DNA from: the human T2T-CHM13v2.0 reference genome, Homo sapiens
Length of the DNA: 64,000 nucleotides
Reading direction: 5' to 3' (one strand)
NCBI RefSeq assembly: GCF_009914755.1
Contig: NC_060934.1
Every line of letters starts with the position of its first letter. Positions within the stretch are counted from its first letter, which is position 1. The position numbers and the translations under genes were made by a program. The notes beneath the pieces were generated by a model. The model did not search any database. It saw only the letters and a list, made by a program, of their open reading frames with translations, and was not told where the DNA came from. Of this stretch, positions 43,900 through 59,910 are shown piece after piece.

Positions 43900-44728
43900 C
43901 AGTCAATACTGTTATAAAACAAAGCAAAATGGTTTTTTGTAAGAAAAAAAAAAAAAGCTTTCAAATACATATTTAAATGACAAATGCCCCCCTAATTTCC
44001 TATTTATGCCCAAATGATTCTATCTGATGTCTTCACAGCTGATTTACAGGCATCTGTGGTCTGGTGGCTTCTTTCTAGAATTAGGAAGCTCATCTTAATT
44101 TCCAAAGTGACATCTAGTTAGATGCCTAGGGGAAGGTATCGTATGGTCCAATTTCTTCCACACTTGTTTCTAAACTCATTGTAATTACTGGAGATGTGGG
44201 TTTCAGAGAGGGCATGAATAAGTACAGTTGATGTGTAGGAAAAAAAAAGTCTCTTAGCAGAAAAGGTTAAAAAGAAAACTCCTGCTCAAGCGCGATAAGT
44301 TTTAAACAAGCCAGTTGTCCGTGACTTTGTTTATACTGCAGTTGGGTATTGTTTGACTTAAGAAGCTGTTCAGTCATCATGGTACTAATGAGTTAATAAG
44401 TAAGTAGATGCCTATATTTTCCAATTACGTGCCCCATTTTATTTCTGGGTAGTAACAGTGTGAATAATTTGGCAGGGCGGGTCCAAGAGAGAAAGAAAAC
44501 TTAGAAAAATCTTCAAACCTTCAGAAACATCACTGGACTTAAGAGTGTAGAAAATGCTTCATAGTGAGATTATATATACACAAATTAAAATGAATTTAAT
44601 GTATATAAAATTAAATTTTTTAAATTAATTTGTATAGGATTAAATTAATTTTATATAAATTAAAATGTAGCAATTAAGTGGAGGAATACTTATTTCAAAA
44701 TTCTAAGTAATTCAAAAAATTGGATTAA

Positions 44729-45075
<347 letters not shown>

Positions 45076-46057
45076 TTACATAACACAATAGGGACCATCA
45101 AAGAAGCCAATTAGAACTTCAGAAACTATATCCCCCACCACAGTCCTAAATCTTTCCTGTCTCTTAGAAGGGGAGCAAGATTTTTAAAGTATTAAAGGGT
45201 CTACAGCAACTGAGAAGAGTCATCAGGTATAAAACAATCACAGAGCCACTCCAAATCTTTACGAAACCAGTTAGATGGAACAAAAAGATCCAGCATTTAA
45301 CATTCCTCTGGCATGTAGGCATTTTTTTTGGCAGAAGCAGAACTTTGGAGCTACTGACTCAATGCTATCCTCCCCAACTCCATGTTTTTGTCTCCTTAGG
45401 ACAATCTTGTTCTCAAAAGCTATGATGAGGTTCTTGAACTGAATGCCTTTAAGGTGTCCTTTACATCCTGCCTGTCTTCACCCAGTCCTACCTGGGTATT
45501 TTGAAAGTGTGTTAAATACTTTCATCCAGAATGCAGATTTTTAAGGTGATTATAGGAATTCTTTCTAGGTAGTAAGAACCTACATTACAATACAACCTTT
45601 GGTTGCATACAAATTTGGGCATTGTGTTTTTGCAACCAAAGTCCACAGCACTTGAATTCCACCACACACTTATAGGTGAATAGTGGAAAACCACCTGTGT
45701 CGAAAGGGTATTTCCCTGTCATTACTGTGGTGTCAGAAATTCAACACTGTGTTCTCCCATGGGAACATTCTTTTTAGACATGTGTCCTGCACTTGGCTTA
45801 TAAAATCATTCACTATTATTCCAAAATTTTGTACACATGGCATGTTTGTTTGGGCTTGAAAGCCAATTTTTGTATTCAAATCTTTGCTTTTATTATTTTT
45901 TTTTAATCCTTCCACTTAGCATGTGACCAGTTATACACAGGTGCTTCAATAGTAGGGTGGTAACTAACATTGAATCAATTCTCACTGTGTGCCAGGCACT
46001 GCGCCACACATGTTACCTATCATAATTCACTTAATCCTATCATCCCCATTTTACAGA

Positions 46058-46820
46058 TGTCTTAGTCTGTTCAGGCTGCTATAGCAAAATACATAGACTG
46101 GGTTCTATTATGAATAATAGCAATTTATTTCCCACAGTTCTGGAAGCCCAAGATCAGGGCACGAGCACCATTGGATTTTGGTGAGGGCTCCTCTTTCCCC
46201 TTGCAGACGGCTGCCTTCTGGCTGTGTGCTTACATGGTAGAAAGGAAAAGGGACCTCTCTGGGGCTTTTTACTTTTCTCTCTCTTTTTCTTTCTTTCTTT
46301 CTCTCTCTTTCTTTCTCTCTTTCTCTCTCTCTCTCTCTTTCTCTCTTTCTCTCTTTCTCTCTTTCTTTCTTTCTTTCTTTCTTGACAGATTCTCACTCTG
46401 TTACCCAGGCTGGAGTGGAGTGTGCAATCATGACTCACTGAAGACTTGACCTCCTGGCCTCAAGTGATCCTCCCACTTCAGCCTCCTAAGTAGCTGGGAC
46501 CACAGGCATGTGCCACCATGCTTGGCTAATTTTTGTATTTTTGTAGAGATCAGGTCTCACTGTGTTGCCCAGGCTGATCTCAAACTCCTGGGCTAAAGTG
46601 ATCCACCTGCCTTGGCCTCCCGAAGTGTTGGAATTATAGGCATGAGCCACCATGTCTGGCCTGGTGCCTCTTTTATAAGGGTACTAATACCATTCATGAG
46701 GGCTCAGCACACCCTCATAACCTAATGGCCTGTCAAAGGCTCCACCTCCTAATATCAGGACCTTGGGGGCTAGGTTTCAACAGATGAATTTTGGGGAACA
46801 CAAACATTCAGGCCATAGCA
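46058..46820 (-). mobile_element. MLT1A-family solo LTR interrupted by an AluJ
   Basis: tgtcttagtctgttcaggctgctat...ggggaacacaaacattcaggccatagca. Confidence 0.85.
46266..46661 (-). mobile_element. AluJ with (TC)/(TTTC)n tail
   Basis: Antisense dimer. Confidence 0.92.
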
Positions 46821-46976
46821 GCACATAAGGAATGGAGTCTTGGAGTTAGTGAGAGACGGAACTGCAATTCAAACCCAGACAGTGAGGTTCCAGTGCTCTT
46901 ACATTATTTTACATTGTTTCTTGTGGCAACATTTCCCTCCGTGTATGTTAAGAATTTAGAAATGTTATATGGTGAC

Positions 46977-47351
46977 TGCTAGGGACTAAATTGTATTCCT
47001 CTCCCCTAAATTTATATGTTGAAGTCCTAACCTCCAATGTGATGGTTTTTGGAGATGAGGCCTTTGGTAGGCGATTAGGTGTAGATGAGTTCTAAGGGTG
47101 GAGCCTACATGTTGAGACTAGAGCCCTTAGAAGAGGAAGAAGAGAGATCAGAGCTTTCTGTCTCTGCCACCTGAGGACACAGCAAGAAGGTGGCCGTCTG
47201 CAAGCCAGGAAGAGAGCCCTCATCAGGAATGGAATCTGCTGGCATCTTGATCTTGGACTTCCAGCCTGCAGCACAGTGAGAAATAAATGTCTGTTGGTTA
47301 AGCCACTCAGTCTATGGTATTTTGTTATTGCAGCCCCAGCTCATGATGACA
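46977..47351 (+). mobile_element. MLT1A-family solo LTR
   Basis: tgctagggactaaattg...cttgatcttggacttccagcc...gtgagaaataaatg...ttgttattgcagcc. Confidence 0.88.
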
Positions 47352-49329
47352 GTGACAATTCATCTGTCTATCCCTTACACTGGTGATAATCAGTGAAGAA
47401 TTAAAAAAAAAAATAGAAGGTACTACATAAATAAAGACAGGCAATGGTCTTTAAGATCAATGTCAGTACATGTATTATGGCAAGTATTAAATGATCTTAT
47501 ACAGCCAGAAAATATATGTGGTCTAACTCTTATTTTATAGAAGAAAGTAAAACACAAAGAGGTTAAATGACTGGTTTAAGGTCATGTAAAAGTACATAGA
47601 AGTAGTATACAGGTGGTTTATTTTATTAGATTACAGGTGATTATTTTCTAGCTATGAGGTAAGTGCAGTCTGCTCTAAAAGTAAAAAGCTCTCCTCCTGC
47701 TCAAACCTCTACTTGAACTAGAGGGCAAAATTCCTGCTTTATTATTCTAATGACAAGATCATACTGCTTCTGACTAGAAAATGCCAAAACAGGAGACAAA
47801 ATTAGCATCGTATGGTGCCAGTTAAAAATTATTTAGAAACCCACAAGTTCTGTGCTTTGTAAATTTTTTTTTCTCTCTCTAGGACATAGTAGAGCTGAAT
47901 CATTACAATGAGGCATGTGACAGAAATGTTTACTATTTCTGCCATGTCTGTCTATTTATGACTTCTTCAGACTACAGTAATTGTCCGCAATAAATAGACT
48001 GTATTCAAATGGCAGGATTGATTTGCCATTCAGGATTATAAGCAACTGTGAGTAGTTCATTCTTTGGTTAAATTATGCTTGTAAGAAGTGAGAAAATGGG
48101 ATGAGAAAAAAATGTGCTCAGTCCATAATGATAACCTAGGGTAATCATGTATTTTCCTGAAGGAAGTAATAAGGAACACACACCTTGGACACACAATAAA
48201 CAGCATGGTGGGAAACCCTAGAGTGGATGGTCTGTATCGAGTGAGGTTTTCCAGGGCAATGTTATTCAAAAATCTCTGTCTCTTTGTTTGAATCTTAGAA
48301 GCATCAATATATGTTTCCTTGAAGATGATGTTTAAGGCCAAATCCCTTTCATCTAAGGAGAATCTACAGTGTATATGTAAATAAACAGCTTTCTTCTTCA
48401 GGTGTCAACAAAACCCATGACCGTTATGATGTCAAGGAACTAAAGCACCCGACCTCCATACAAGTGTTCCTGAGTGCGACATTTTCTCCTTCCAAACTAC
48501 TAGTACCACAACTTTAGACTTAGGCTCTGTGGGCAGGTCCCTTATCTGATGAAAGAGGAAACAATGCTTCTGCTCACACATGTGTGCACATACGTACACA
48601 CACATAAACTGGGTATGTTAGCACAGCATCATGTATATGCTATGATACATTTATTCTAATCGGCAAATGGCCCAAACCTATGTTTACCATAAGGTTTCAT
48701 CACTTTTTTTAAAGAACAGCTATACCACATGTAATGCCTCACACCGAGTTCAAGGTCTGCTAAAAATCAGACTTTTTTTTAAAACCTGGACTATTGTAAA
48801 GGTAGGCCACGTTTAACTTATACATAAGCAGTTGATCTTTAAGATATTTCATCTTATTGGTGCTAGCTAGTCCTAACAGATTGCTAAAGAATTCACTGAT
48901 GCAAAGAAGCATGGTTGAGTCTCTGTGATGTGCCAGCCCTGAGGAGGAATGGAGAGGTGGACATGGCACCACCCTGTTTTCAAGGTTGGCACAGTATTGA
49001 AGGGGAGATAGACAACATAAACCTGCAAGTCACAAAGCAATGTAATGATAGAGGCAGCATGTGCCACATGTCAATGACAAACCATGTGAGAGGGATCAAC
49101 CATCAGGTTGGGGTGGGCCGTGGCTAGGGGAGAGGCAGTGGAGGCTGCAATTCAGCTGCGCATCTAAAGTTAAGAAGAAGCTTTTTAAGATCTTGAAGCT
49201 GTTATTCCCCACTTTTATACTATGTGCCCATCTCATGGACATGCTGTCTCTGTTGCCCAATGAGGGAATGGCTAAAAATGACTCAGGCTGTGGAACATGG
49301 CCTCCTTCAGTCTATTGTCCATGCCATGG

Positions 49330-49905
49330 CCTGAGTAATCCTTTAAAATCGTAAGCCAGATCACATTACACTCCAGCTGAAGTTCCTCCAATGACTTCTC
49401 ATCTAATTAAGAGTAAAAGCCAAAGTGCATGGGCCAGCCTAAAAAATCAACATTATTTGGAAATCTCCTTTCTACCCCATCTTATCTCCGCCTACTTTTC
49501 TTCTCGTTCCTTTTTTTTTTTTCCCAGTCATCAGAAAAGCCATGCTCCCACCTCTAGGCCACCACACTTACCGTTCCCTCTGCCTGGGACTCTCTTCCCC
49601 CAGATAGCATCTCTTGCCATAAAGGAAGGACTTCTCTCAGGGAGAAGCAGTCCCTGACCACTCAGTCAAAACCACATTCTTTTCACATTACTCTCCATCC
49701 TCCTAGACTATTTTATTTTTCTTCATGATGTTACTTATCATCTGACACAGTACAGATTTTATATTTGTTCATTTCCTGTCTACCCTAAGTCCTCTTAAAA
49801 TGGAACTTTCCTGAGCATGGGCACGGACATGTTTTATTCTCGGCGTTATCCCTGATGTTTAGAAGAGTACCTGTCATAGTGTGTTCAGCAGACATCTGTT
49901 GAAAG
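49330..49905 (+). mobile_element. L2 fragment
   Basis: taatcctttaaaatcgtaagccagatcac...tctgcctgggactctcttcccccaga... Confidence 0.6.
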
Positions 49906-49912
49906 AATGACT

Positions 49913-50190
<278 letters not shown>

Positions 50191-50498
50191 TTAAGAGAGA
50201 ATGCAACTGGAGCATTTCTTCATTAATACAGGCTGCAATTGTGGTGGCACAATGGGCAAGATCTGCAGTTACTTCTTTCAAGGAAGAGATATCACAGGGA
50301 TGGTGGGGTTATCCCACTCCTGATCAGAATTTAGATTCACTGACTGCACCAATGGTGGGGCTTGATCTTGACCACTGGGCCAAAACAGATGGAGATATAC
50401 ATTAAACAAAGAATTCCCTCTAATCACCACTTCTATTATCAATCAAAAGTATTTGTATATTTACTTTTGTGTACAAAAATTTAACCTCCTGAATGTGA

Positions 50499-50984
<486 letters not shown>

Positions 50985-52072
50985 TCTTTTTTTTTTTTTT
51001 TTAGTATAAAATTTCCCTTTACCTCATGCAATTTCAAGTTATCAATCAGTACATTTATATGATTGATTGAATTTGGTGTGTGCTAAAAATTTGCTGCTCA
51101 AGGAAATCAACTTTTTATTTCTCCTATTAGGCGTCTGTTCATCGTGTGTGGTTCAAGGAGGAAATTCGTGGCTGCAGAGATTTGAAAACCACAGACGAGG
51201 GGAATGTATTCAACCCAGTTTTGACCTGTTTCTGCTTCTGTATATTGTGCATTAACTAGAAGTGATGTGAAGAAATGGAACAGAAGAGAAAATGAGGCTG
51301 TGTATTGGAAAACATTTGTCAGCCTGCCCTGGCCAACTGTGAACACAGATTCCTAGAAGAATCAGTGAAAATCTCATCACTGGGGTTATTTGCAGCCAGA
51401 CTGGTCCAGATAGTTGAGATTTTACTGTAGGGAGTGATTGTTTCTGGACCCCTTAAGGCCTGGGAGAAGGAGGAGTGATGATGATCTCATTGTCTATTCC
51501 CTTTTGTGATGGGTATTGATTAGTGCCAAGCCAATAACCAAGGCAATTCCAGTCCATAATAAAAAGCAACACAACAGCAGTCCCAATGATCAGTCAGCAA
51601 TTTGGAAGCCAAAGGCAAAGATAAGAAGCCTGCTAGAGATTTACTTGCAGGCTTTATAATGTCATCTCCTTCAAACACTAGCAGAAAGCACAGTATTTCC
51701 TTTTGGTCCACCAGCTGCTGTTGAAACAGAGTTTTGATTGTAGTAAGACAGGACATTTGTTTCACTCAGGGCTCACTGACCATGCTGGTCTTCATGTTTT
51801 CTACTTAAGACAGTGTCCTTATACAAGCAAATAAGAAAAATGTGCCCTACACGACAATGTACAAGGATACACAGAATGAACAGAGCCAAGACGCCTAAAA
51901 GACCCACATACTTTTAGAGCAGAAAAATAAATTCCACTGAGGGTCACTTCTGGAATTTCTATCTTTATTCCTACAGATTGGATTTCCCACCTTTCCGAAG
52001 AAGGTAACATGGTCAAGTTCTTCCAAGTCCTAAGAGTCCAACCCAAGCCTTCATTTAAGTTTTCAGTTTAGA

Positions 52073-52374
52073 GACCAGGTGTGGTGGCTCACGTCTATAA
52101 TCCCAGCCCTTTGGGAGGCTGAGGCGGGCAGATCACTTGAGGTCAGGACTTGAAGACCAGCCTGGCCAACATGGTAAAACCTCATCTCTACTAAAAATAC
52201 AGAAAAAATTAGCTGGGCGTGGTGGCACACACCTGTAATCCCAGCTACTGGGGAGGTGGAGGCAGGAGAATCGCTTGAACCCGGGAGGCAGAGGTTGGAG
52301 CTGAGATCGTGCCACTGCACTACAGCCTGAGTGACAAAGCAAGACTCCGTCTCAAAAAAAAAAGAAAAAAAAAA
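52073..52374 (+). mobile_element. AluS
   Basis: Dimer. Confidence 0.93.
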
Positions 52375-53102
52375 TTCGGTTGAGAATGAAGCCCAGTGTC
52401 ATCATTTGCTCCCCTAACATGTAAAACCATCTATGTAGAAAAACTGATTCTACTATAATAGAAATGTTTTCTAGAACCTAGACTCCTCTAAACTCATGGC
52501 TGCCCATGAATCAGTGCTTGAAGATTGATTTTTACAGCTTACTGAATCATATATTGGTATCTGATTTTTCTTACAGCACTCAAGAAGTTAAGAATTTTCT
52601 ATTTCAATTGGATTCAAGTGGTTTCTGCCTTTTCTCAGGGTACAAGTTCTACAAGGAGCTGGGAGATAATTTTAAAATAGCCAAAAAATACCCTTTGCAT
52701 GAGGAAACGATCAGAACGAGAGTCTAGTTATTTCCATTAGGCTGTCCTCTTCCACAAGTGATGCTAGCATGATAGTAAATGCCAGAACTATAAATTCTAT
52801 AAATGTGTAGAGACTGTCCATACAGAAGAGAAGGCCATCATTTCATAACAACATATGGAAAGTAAACACAACTTGATCTTTAGATTTTAAAGTAGTTGGC
52901 AGTGTTGGAAATTCAAGAAACTTGAGTTCATTTGGAGCAAGTAAGTTAAGATGGAGCTCATAAGAAATGTAACAGATTTTTTTCCTTGATATTATTTTTA
53001 GAGTCCATTTTCAGAATTCAGCTGAATTGTATTTAGAATTTAAAATTATAGCTCAATGATCCATTTTTAAAAAGAGAAATTCAGCTGGGAGGAAAAGGAT
53101 AG

Positions 53103-53401
<299 letters not shown>

Positions 53402-54839
53402 TTACTTAACATATCTTTAGCTGGATTTTTTTTTTTGTTTTAAGTAGAAGAGAAAAACAAACTCTGAGCAAACCAAGTTTGTTTTTCTCTTCTACTTAAA
53501 GAAAAAATCCTAAACTCTGAATTCTAATTAATGAAAATTAAATTATTTACACAAGTATTTGGATTGGCATTTATATCCTGGCAAATGATCTACATGCACA
53601 TTTTTTAAAGCCGTGGGATTAAAAAGATAAAGACCCTTACTAGAAGACTAGCAGTTGGTTTTTTAACTTAGCTGCTCTGTTTCATTTCTTTTTACAGTCA
53701 GTGATAAATGGAGATCATATATTCTCCTTAATGGCCTGTTCGTGATTTGGCATTGTGCTAAGGCTGGCTGGCAGTGGCTCTGAGGATATGTGGGGGTGTC
53801 CCTGGGCAGGAGAGGAGATACTGCTGAAAGCCATGCCCCATCCCTTTTCCCTCTGCCCCAGTGCTAGGGGCTGGCTGGGCCACTCAGCCAGCACAGACGG
53901 CCCAGTGGGCACAAGTTACAGGGGACTTCTTCCAGCTTCCTTTTTCCTCTCCCTTCCTGCCTGTTCAGAGACGTGCAACAGAATAATGAGAAGCAGGAGG
54001 CCTCCTTGAAATAATGTCACATGGAATTCTCAGTTTAATAAGGCCTCCAGTTTGTTCCAAACATGCTTGAGCATTTGGTGGCATATTAGAAATTGATCTG
54101 AAAGTAACCGGACACGCTTGGCACCCTTTTCTTTTTGCGCCAAACCATTTTGTTATTCTCACGTTTTATTTCCTTATTATTTGTAAGCGTGTTTGGCTGC
54201 ACAGCAAGCCACACATTATTTGTGGGATGGTAGCCTGCAGGAGTTTTTTATTTTTAAATTAAGCTGCCACTTGACATATAAAATGTAAATTTTCCATAAT
54301 CATATCATCACAGTGACAGTTCCATGTTTCATAATTTGTGCAGGCTCCATTCTCTTTCTGCATGGAATGCTTAGCAGCCAGTCTGGAGAACTTGCCGTGT
54401 GTTCTCCAGGCTGAGTCCTTGCTGAAGACCACCCTGAGCTGGAGGTACAGCGTGCTACCTGGACACCCTTTGTGCCCACCTGGCAGGTGCAGAGCTGCCC
54501 GCCTACTACGCCCTGGGTCACCTGCTTACCCGAGTGCTGCACCTTGAAGGTTTGCCATGGTAGAGCCTGGTGGGGGAGCAGTGTTGTCCCTTCCAGAGTG
54601 AAAACCAACTTATGAAGATAAGAACCAACATCACCTCTGGAAGGAAAATCCAGAACAACTGGTTTAAAACCTGGAATTTAGGCTTATTTTGCCACCTGAA
54701 AAAATTGGGGGACAGTAGGGAGGGAACAGCACTCCCCAAAGCTGGAGGCCTAGTTTCTATTAGCGGTTCTAAGTCATTCCCGAATATTAACTTAGGCAAA
54801 ATATTTATAACTTTCAGTATTTCAATTCTCAGCAGGCAA

Positions 54840-55095
54840 CATGGCAGTAGGCTGTAGTGGTAGAGATGGGATCTGCGGTCAGAGTCTGTTGTGAGTTTAA
54901 ATCTTAGCTGTGCTACTTACTAGTGCTATGATAGAGGCAAATTAACTTGAACTTTCTTTGTGTCAGTTTGCTTATCTATCAAATGGGCATAAATACTCTC
55001 ATAAGGTTGCTGTGAAGATTAAATTAGATATTCCATGAAAATCATACAGCAAAGAGCCAGGTACATAATAAACATGCAATAAATATTAACCAAAA
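54840..55095 (+). mobile_element. MIR
   Basis: ctacttactag...gtcagtttgcttatctatcaaatggg...gttgctgtgaagattaaattagat. Confidence 0.75.
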
Positions 55096-55940
55096 GGATT
55101 ATAATAATTATTATTCAGTGCCAGGACATGGAGTGAGAATTAACAATTTTCTCTCCAAGAAAAAAAATACATTTAATTTCCAGACAGGAGGGATATGTAA
55201 CAATAACACCCTATTTCAAACTTGGTGAGAAGATGGAGATGACTTCACTCATGCAGAGAACTATGTATTTGTGGAGGACTTCCAGCTTGCAATCCCCATA
55301 GGCTCAGCCGGGTCTGCACAGGACTGAATGAGGCTCTACCTCCTTCACTCACTACGCCCTGCTTTCATCAAAGGCGTTCACTGCATTTAGTGGCTTGTGT
55401 GATTTTGGCTCAGAATGGTAATCAAGAGGTGACGAGTGACAAGAGAGGGCTCCTGCTACTCTCTGGCTTCTCCGTTAAGCGTCTGATAATGCTGGTCTCT
55501 GCCTGATAAGCCACAGGGGTTACTTGTCCTGCGTGAGCCTTTCAAGGAGTCAGAAAGGAAACCTCAGCTCTGCAGACCCATTGATGGCTGCGGAGGCTCA
55601 GGGACATGCCTAGGGATTGTTTTTGAATGAGATATGGTTTGTCCCTGTGGTGTTGAAAATGATTCTCTCTAATCTACTGTAAAACCCAGTCCCATGCAAA
55701 GAGTGTCACTGCCAGACGTTCCCGAAGGGTCTGGGGGGAAACAGACAGATACAGGGACTGCAGCTTTAGGAGAAAACGTCGTTTGAGGGAAAGAATGCTT
55801 AAATAGGAATATAACAGTGTAGAATTAAGAATAAAAAGGCAAAAGAGCCTTTAATTGCTATAGAATCCCAGAGCAGTGGTTCTTAACCTAAATTATACTG
55901 TTATTTAGAAAGATTTATAAAATTTTAGCTTATTTGTTAA

Positions 55941-56197
<257 letters not shown>

Positions 56198-56754
56198 CCT
56201 TTGGCCTAAAATGTTAACTTTTCTGATGTAAGGTGTTGAGCCATAAAGAGGTCAGGGGGAAGAGGAGATTAGAGATGGTTTAACCCACCAATATGTTTCC
56301 AGGAAAGGAAGCTGATTCTGAAGAGACTCAGTGAGTTGCCCAAAGTCCCAGAGCTAAGTCAAGGCCAAGGCAGAACCAGAATCCACTGACCTCCAGCTCT
56401 AGGGCTGTTATGTATTCCCCCACCTACCCCTTCTGGACTGTATGACTCTAGCTAGCAAGAGCTGCAGTTTTAGCACTGGCCAAATCCATTCTTTTTCTAG
56501 GCTTCATCCATTGCTGTGCCCCCCGAGGACCCTTGTACCAATGACCATGGTTTCTGATGAGTTCCTCTGCATCCTCCACATCTCAGAGTGGAGATTTCAC
56601 TGTTCATTCCCCAGGAAAGACCTTCCTGACTCCCAGGGCTAGGTTGGCTGCTACTACCCTGTGCAGTAAAGCCTTTGCTCTATCCCCTATCCCTGCACAT
56701 CTCACGTGGGGTGTAACTGCCTTTTCTTGAGGGAGTTAAAAAACATGCAATTAA

Positions 56755-57118
<364 letters not shown>

Positions 57119-57988
57119 TTAATTAGAAACATAAAGATGAAGAATTAAGAAAGGATAAGGCAAATGGCCTCTTTCATTCCCACAGAATCGTAGAGATGTA
57201 TTACCAACCCAAATTCTATTGCTCCCTGAGAAAACATTTTTGTCCAGACCCATTGACCAAGTCTAAGTTTTGCAGAAGCAATAACCTGGTCCTCCGCTTT
57301 GTCCTTGGTTCCTTTAGAATCTAGCACAGTAAGTGGCTCATAGAAGGTGCTCAACAAATGTTTGTTCAATGAAAGTTGAATGAATGCTTTAATGTTAGCT
57401 AACTAACATTAACATGGGTCATGTCCTCTCTGTGGCTTTTCTTCTTCCAGCTCAACATCTCCATTTTTTTCTGCTTCTCATAGACAGTGTCTGGAGTCTT
57501 CATCTCCTGAAAGCCCCTTCTGGACAAACTCCAGGTTTCCAGGTCTGTTTAGCTGGTGACTGTGCAGATGCCACACCTTGTTCCATGAGGAGAAGGCGGG
57601 GCAGTCTCTCTTGCTCCTCCTAGGAGTCTCTGTATTTCTAAGGAAGTGACTTACAATTGTGTTGCCTTCCTTAATCACCAGCCAATACTGTTGGTTCATT
57701 TTCAACTTATACCCATTCAAGGCTATGCTGTATGTTTAGAAGGGACTACTCCCTGGGACTTACAGTCTCTTTGAGTAAGTTATAATAGTAACAACACCCA
57801 TAAAATGATAGTGAATGATGATGTCTTAATATACAGGTGTGTGATTACTCCAAAAAGTAATTGATTTTATTCATTATAATTAAAAAATAGCCCAAGCACA
57901 ATAACCCAATGTGGGTTATTGTTGAGCCAATCAACACTTTCTTCCCCCTACAACCATGCTTGACTAGCTTAAAAAAATATTTCTAAAA

Positions 57989-58282
<294 letters not shown>

Positions 58283-58286
58283 TTAC

Positions 58287-58642
58287 TAAGGCAGGAAAAT
58301 AGGGTCTGGAGGCAGGGAACATAAAGCGGATGAACACTTCAGCTATGACAGGAAATGTCTTTTCATAGGGTGTACACCGAGTAAATGACTTTGTAACTTT
58401 GCTTCATCCTCTTCGTTTACATAGGGCATACACCAAGTAACCAATGGAATCATCTGGAAGGTATTTAAATCCCCACAAATTCTGTAACGAGGCCCTTGAG
58501 CCCCTATGCTTGGGCCGCTCCCACACTGTGGAGTATAATTTCATTTTCAATAAATCCCTTCATTCCTTCCTTGCTTGTTTATGCGTTTTGTCCCATTGTT
58601 TGTTCAAGATGCCAAGAACGTGGACACCCTCCACCAGTAACA
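58287..58642 (+). mobile_element. MER61A-like ERV1 solo LTR
   Basis: T(A)AGGCAGGAAAATAGGGTCTGGAGGCAGGGAAC...GGACACCCTCCACCAGTAACA; 4-bp TSD TTAC; CCAAT, TATTTAAA and AATAAA retained. Confidence 0.85.
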
Positions 58643-59910
58643 TTACTACATTTGAAAGAATGAAGGGTTTCAAAATTTTGTCCGTGACAGGGGTCACTCT
58701 ATCCCACTGGCATAGTGAGTGTGTGAACAGGGGAACAAGATGTGTTTTACAGTCAGTTTCATCCACATTCAAGCATTTCTTTTCCAGATTTTCAACATAA
58801 GAAGTTTTGTTGTTTTTGTTGATATTTTGGGTAGTGGTGGCCAATGTCTGTTGCCTCTCTCCTGTGTCTCTGCCCCTAGAGGCCCCTGGGACACAGATAG
58901 AAAGGAAGCAGCTTCCCCAAGGACTTGGACAGCAGACAAGCTGGCTAGGGGAGCGGGGGGCAGGTGGTGAAACAGGGGAAAAGCTCATTTCTATGACCCA
59001 TCAGGGAAGCTGAACAAAATCTAGAAATGTCACCAGGATAACTGCATAGGGAGATACAGCATCCTTGACAGCTCTATAACTATTATGCAGAAAATAGCAA
59101 CAGCAGAATCAACTAAGGTTGTAAAGGAACATTGAAACCATTATGAATGGAGATCTAAAAGAAGTGATCAGAAAAGCACTACAGGATTTGGCAAGCACCC
59201 TGGAAAAAATATAGGAGCTCTATGCCTAAAACACATTGACTATGACAGCATTAAGGGTGGTGAGGAACATAGAAGGAGCCTTGGAAAGGACAAGAAAGTG
59301 CTTTGTTTTAGAGACATAGTTTTCTTAATTCTTATCATACCTCACTCAAATGATGCCTAGAACAGGGAACAGGTTCTAGTGAGGTGTAGACAATCTAGAT
59401 TCACAGAGAAAACTATTATTTTTTGCATGAGGACATCAGAATTTAGAGAAAAGTCTGAACTCTTTTCCTCCACAAATGTCTATGGATCCACTTCATTCAC
59501 TGAATTCTTGGAAGCGCAAGCTTAATTTTATAGCTGAAAAAGCAGGGGCTCAAAGTGTCCTAGTCATTCATTTTAAAACTTTTTTTTTTAAATGGAGATG
59601 CTGGCTGTCCTTTCACATTCATTAACCAAAAGAAAAAGAGAAGCAAACTTTGCAGGGTAATCCCACTTATATCCTTGTTGACGAAGACTGAAGGTTCCTT
59701 AGGGCCTAAGTTTTTCACTCCACAATTGCTGCAGTAAAAATGGCTGGTCCTTTTGCTCTCGATCTCTTGCAGGGAGAGCAACATTTTTACATAAATAGCC
59801 TTACGTTAGAATGCTAAATTATATTTTGGTTTCATTTCAGATAAACTAAAAATGGAACACATGATAATTACCTAGTAAAAAATTCAATATCAGGTTACGA
59901 AGAGAACCAT

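Noticed and set aside
48420-48480. Possible C/D-box snoRNA (ATGATG...CTGA)
   Set aside because: Imperfect C box, no convincing terminal stem, not in an evident host intron.
59100-59220. Coding-looking stretch (…MNGDLKEVIRKALQDLASTLEKI*) as a processed pseudogene
   Set aside because: Too short and no parent recognised; more likely a decayed ancient LINE or chance.
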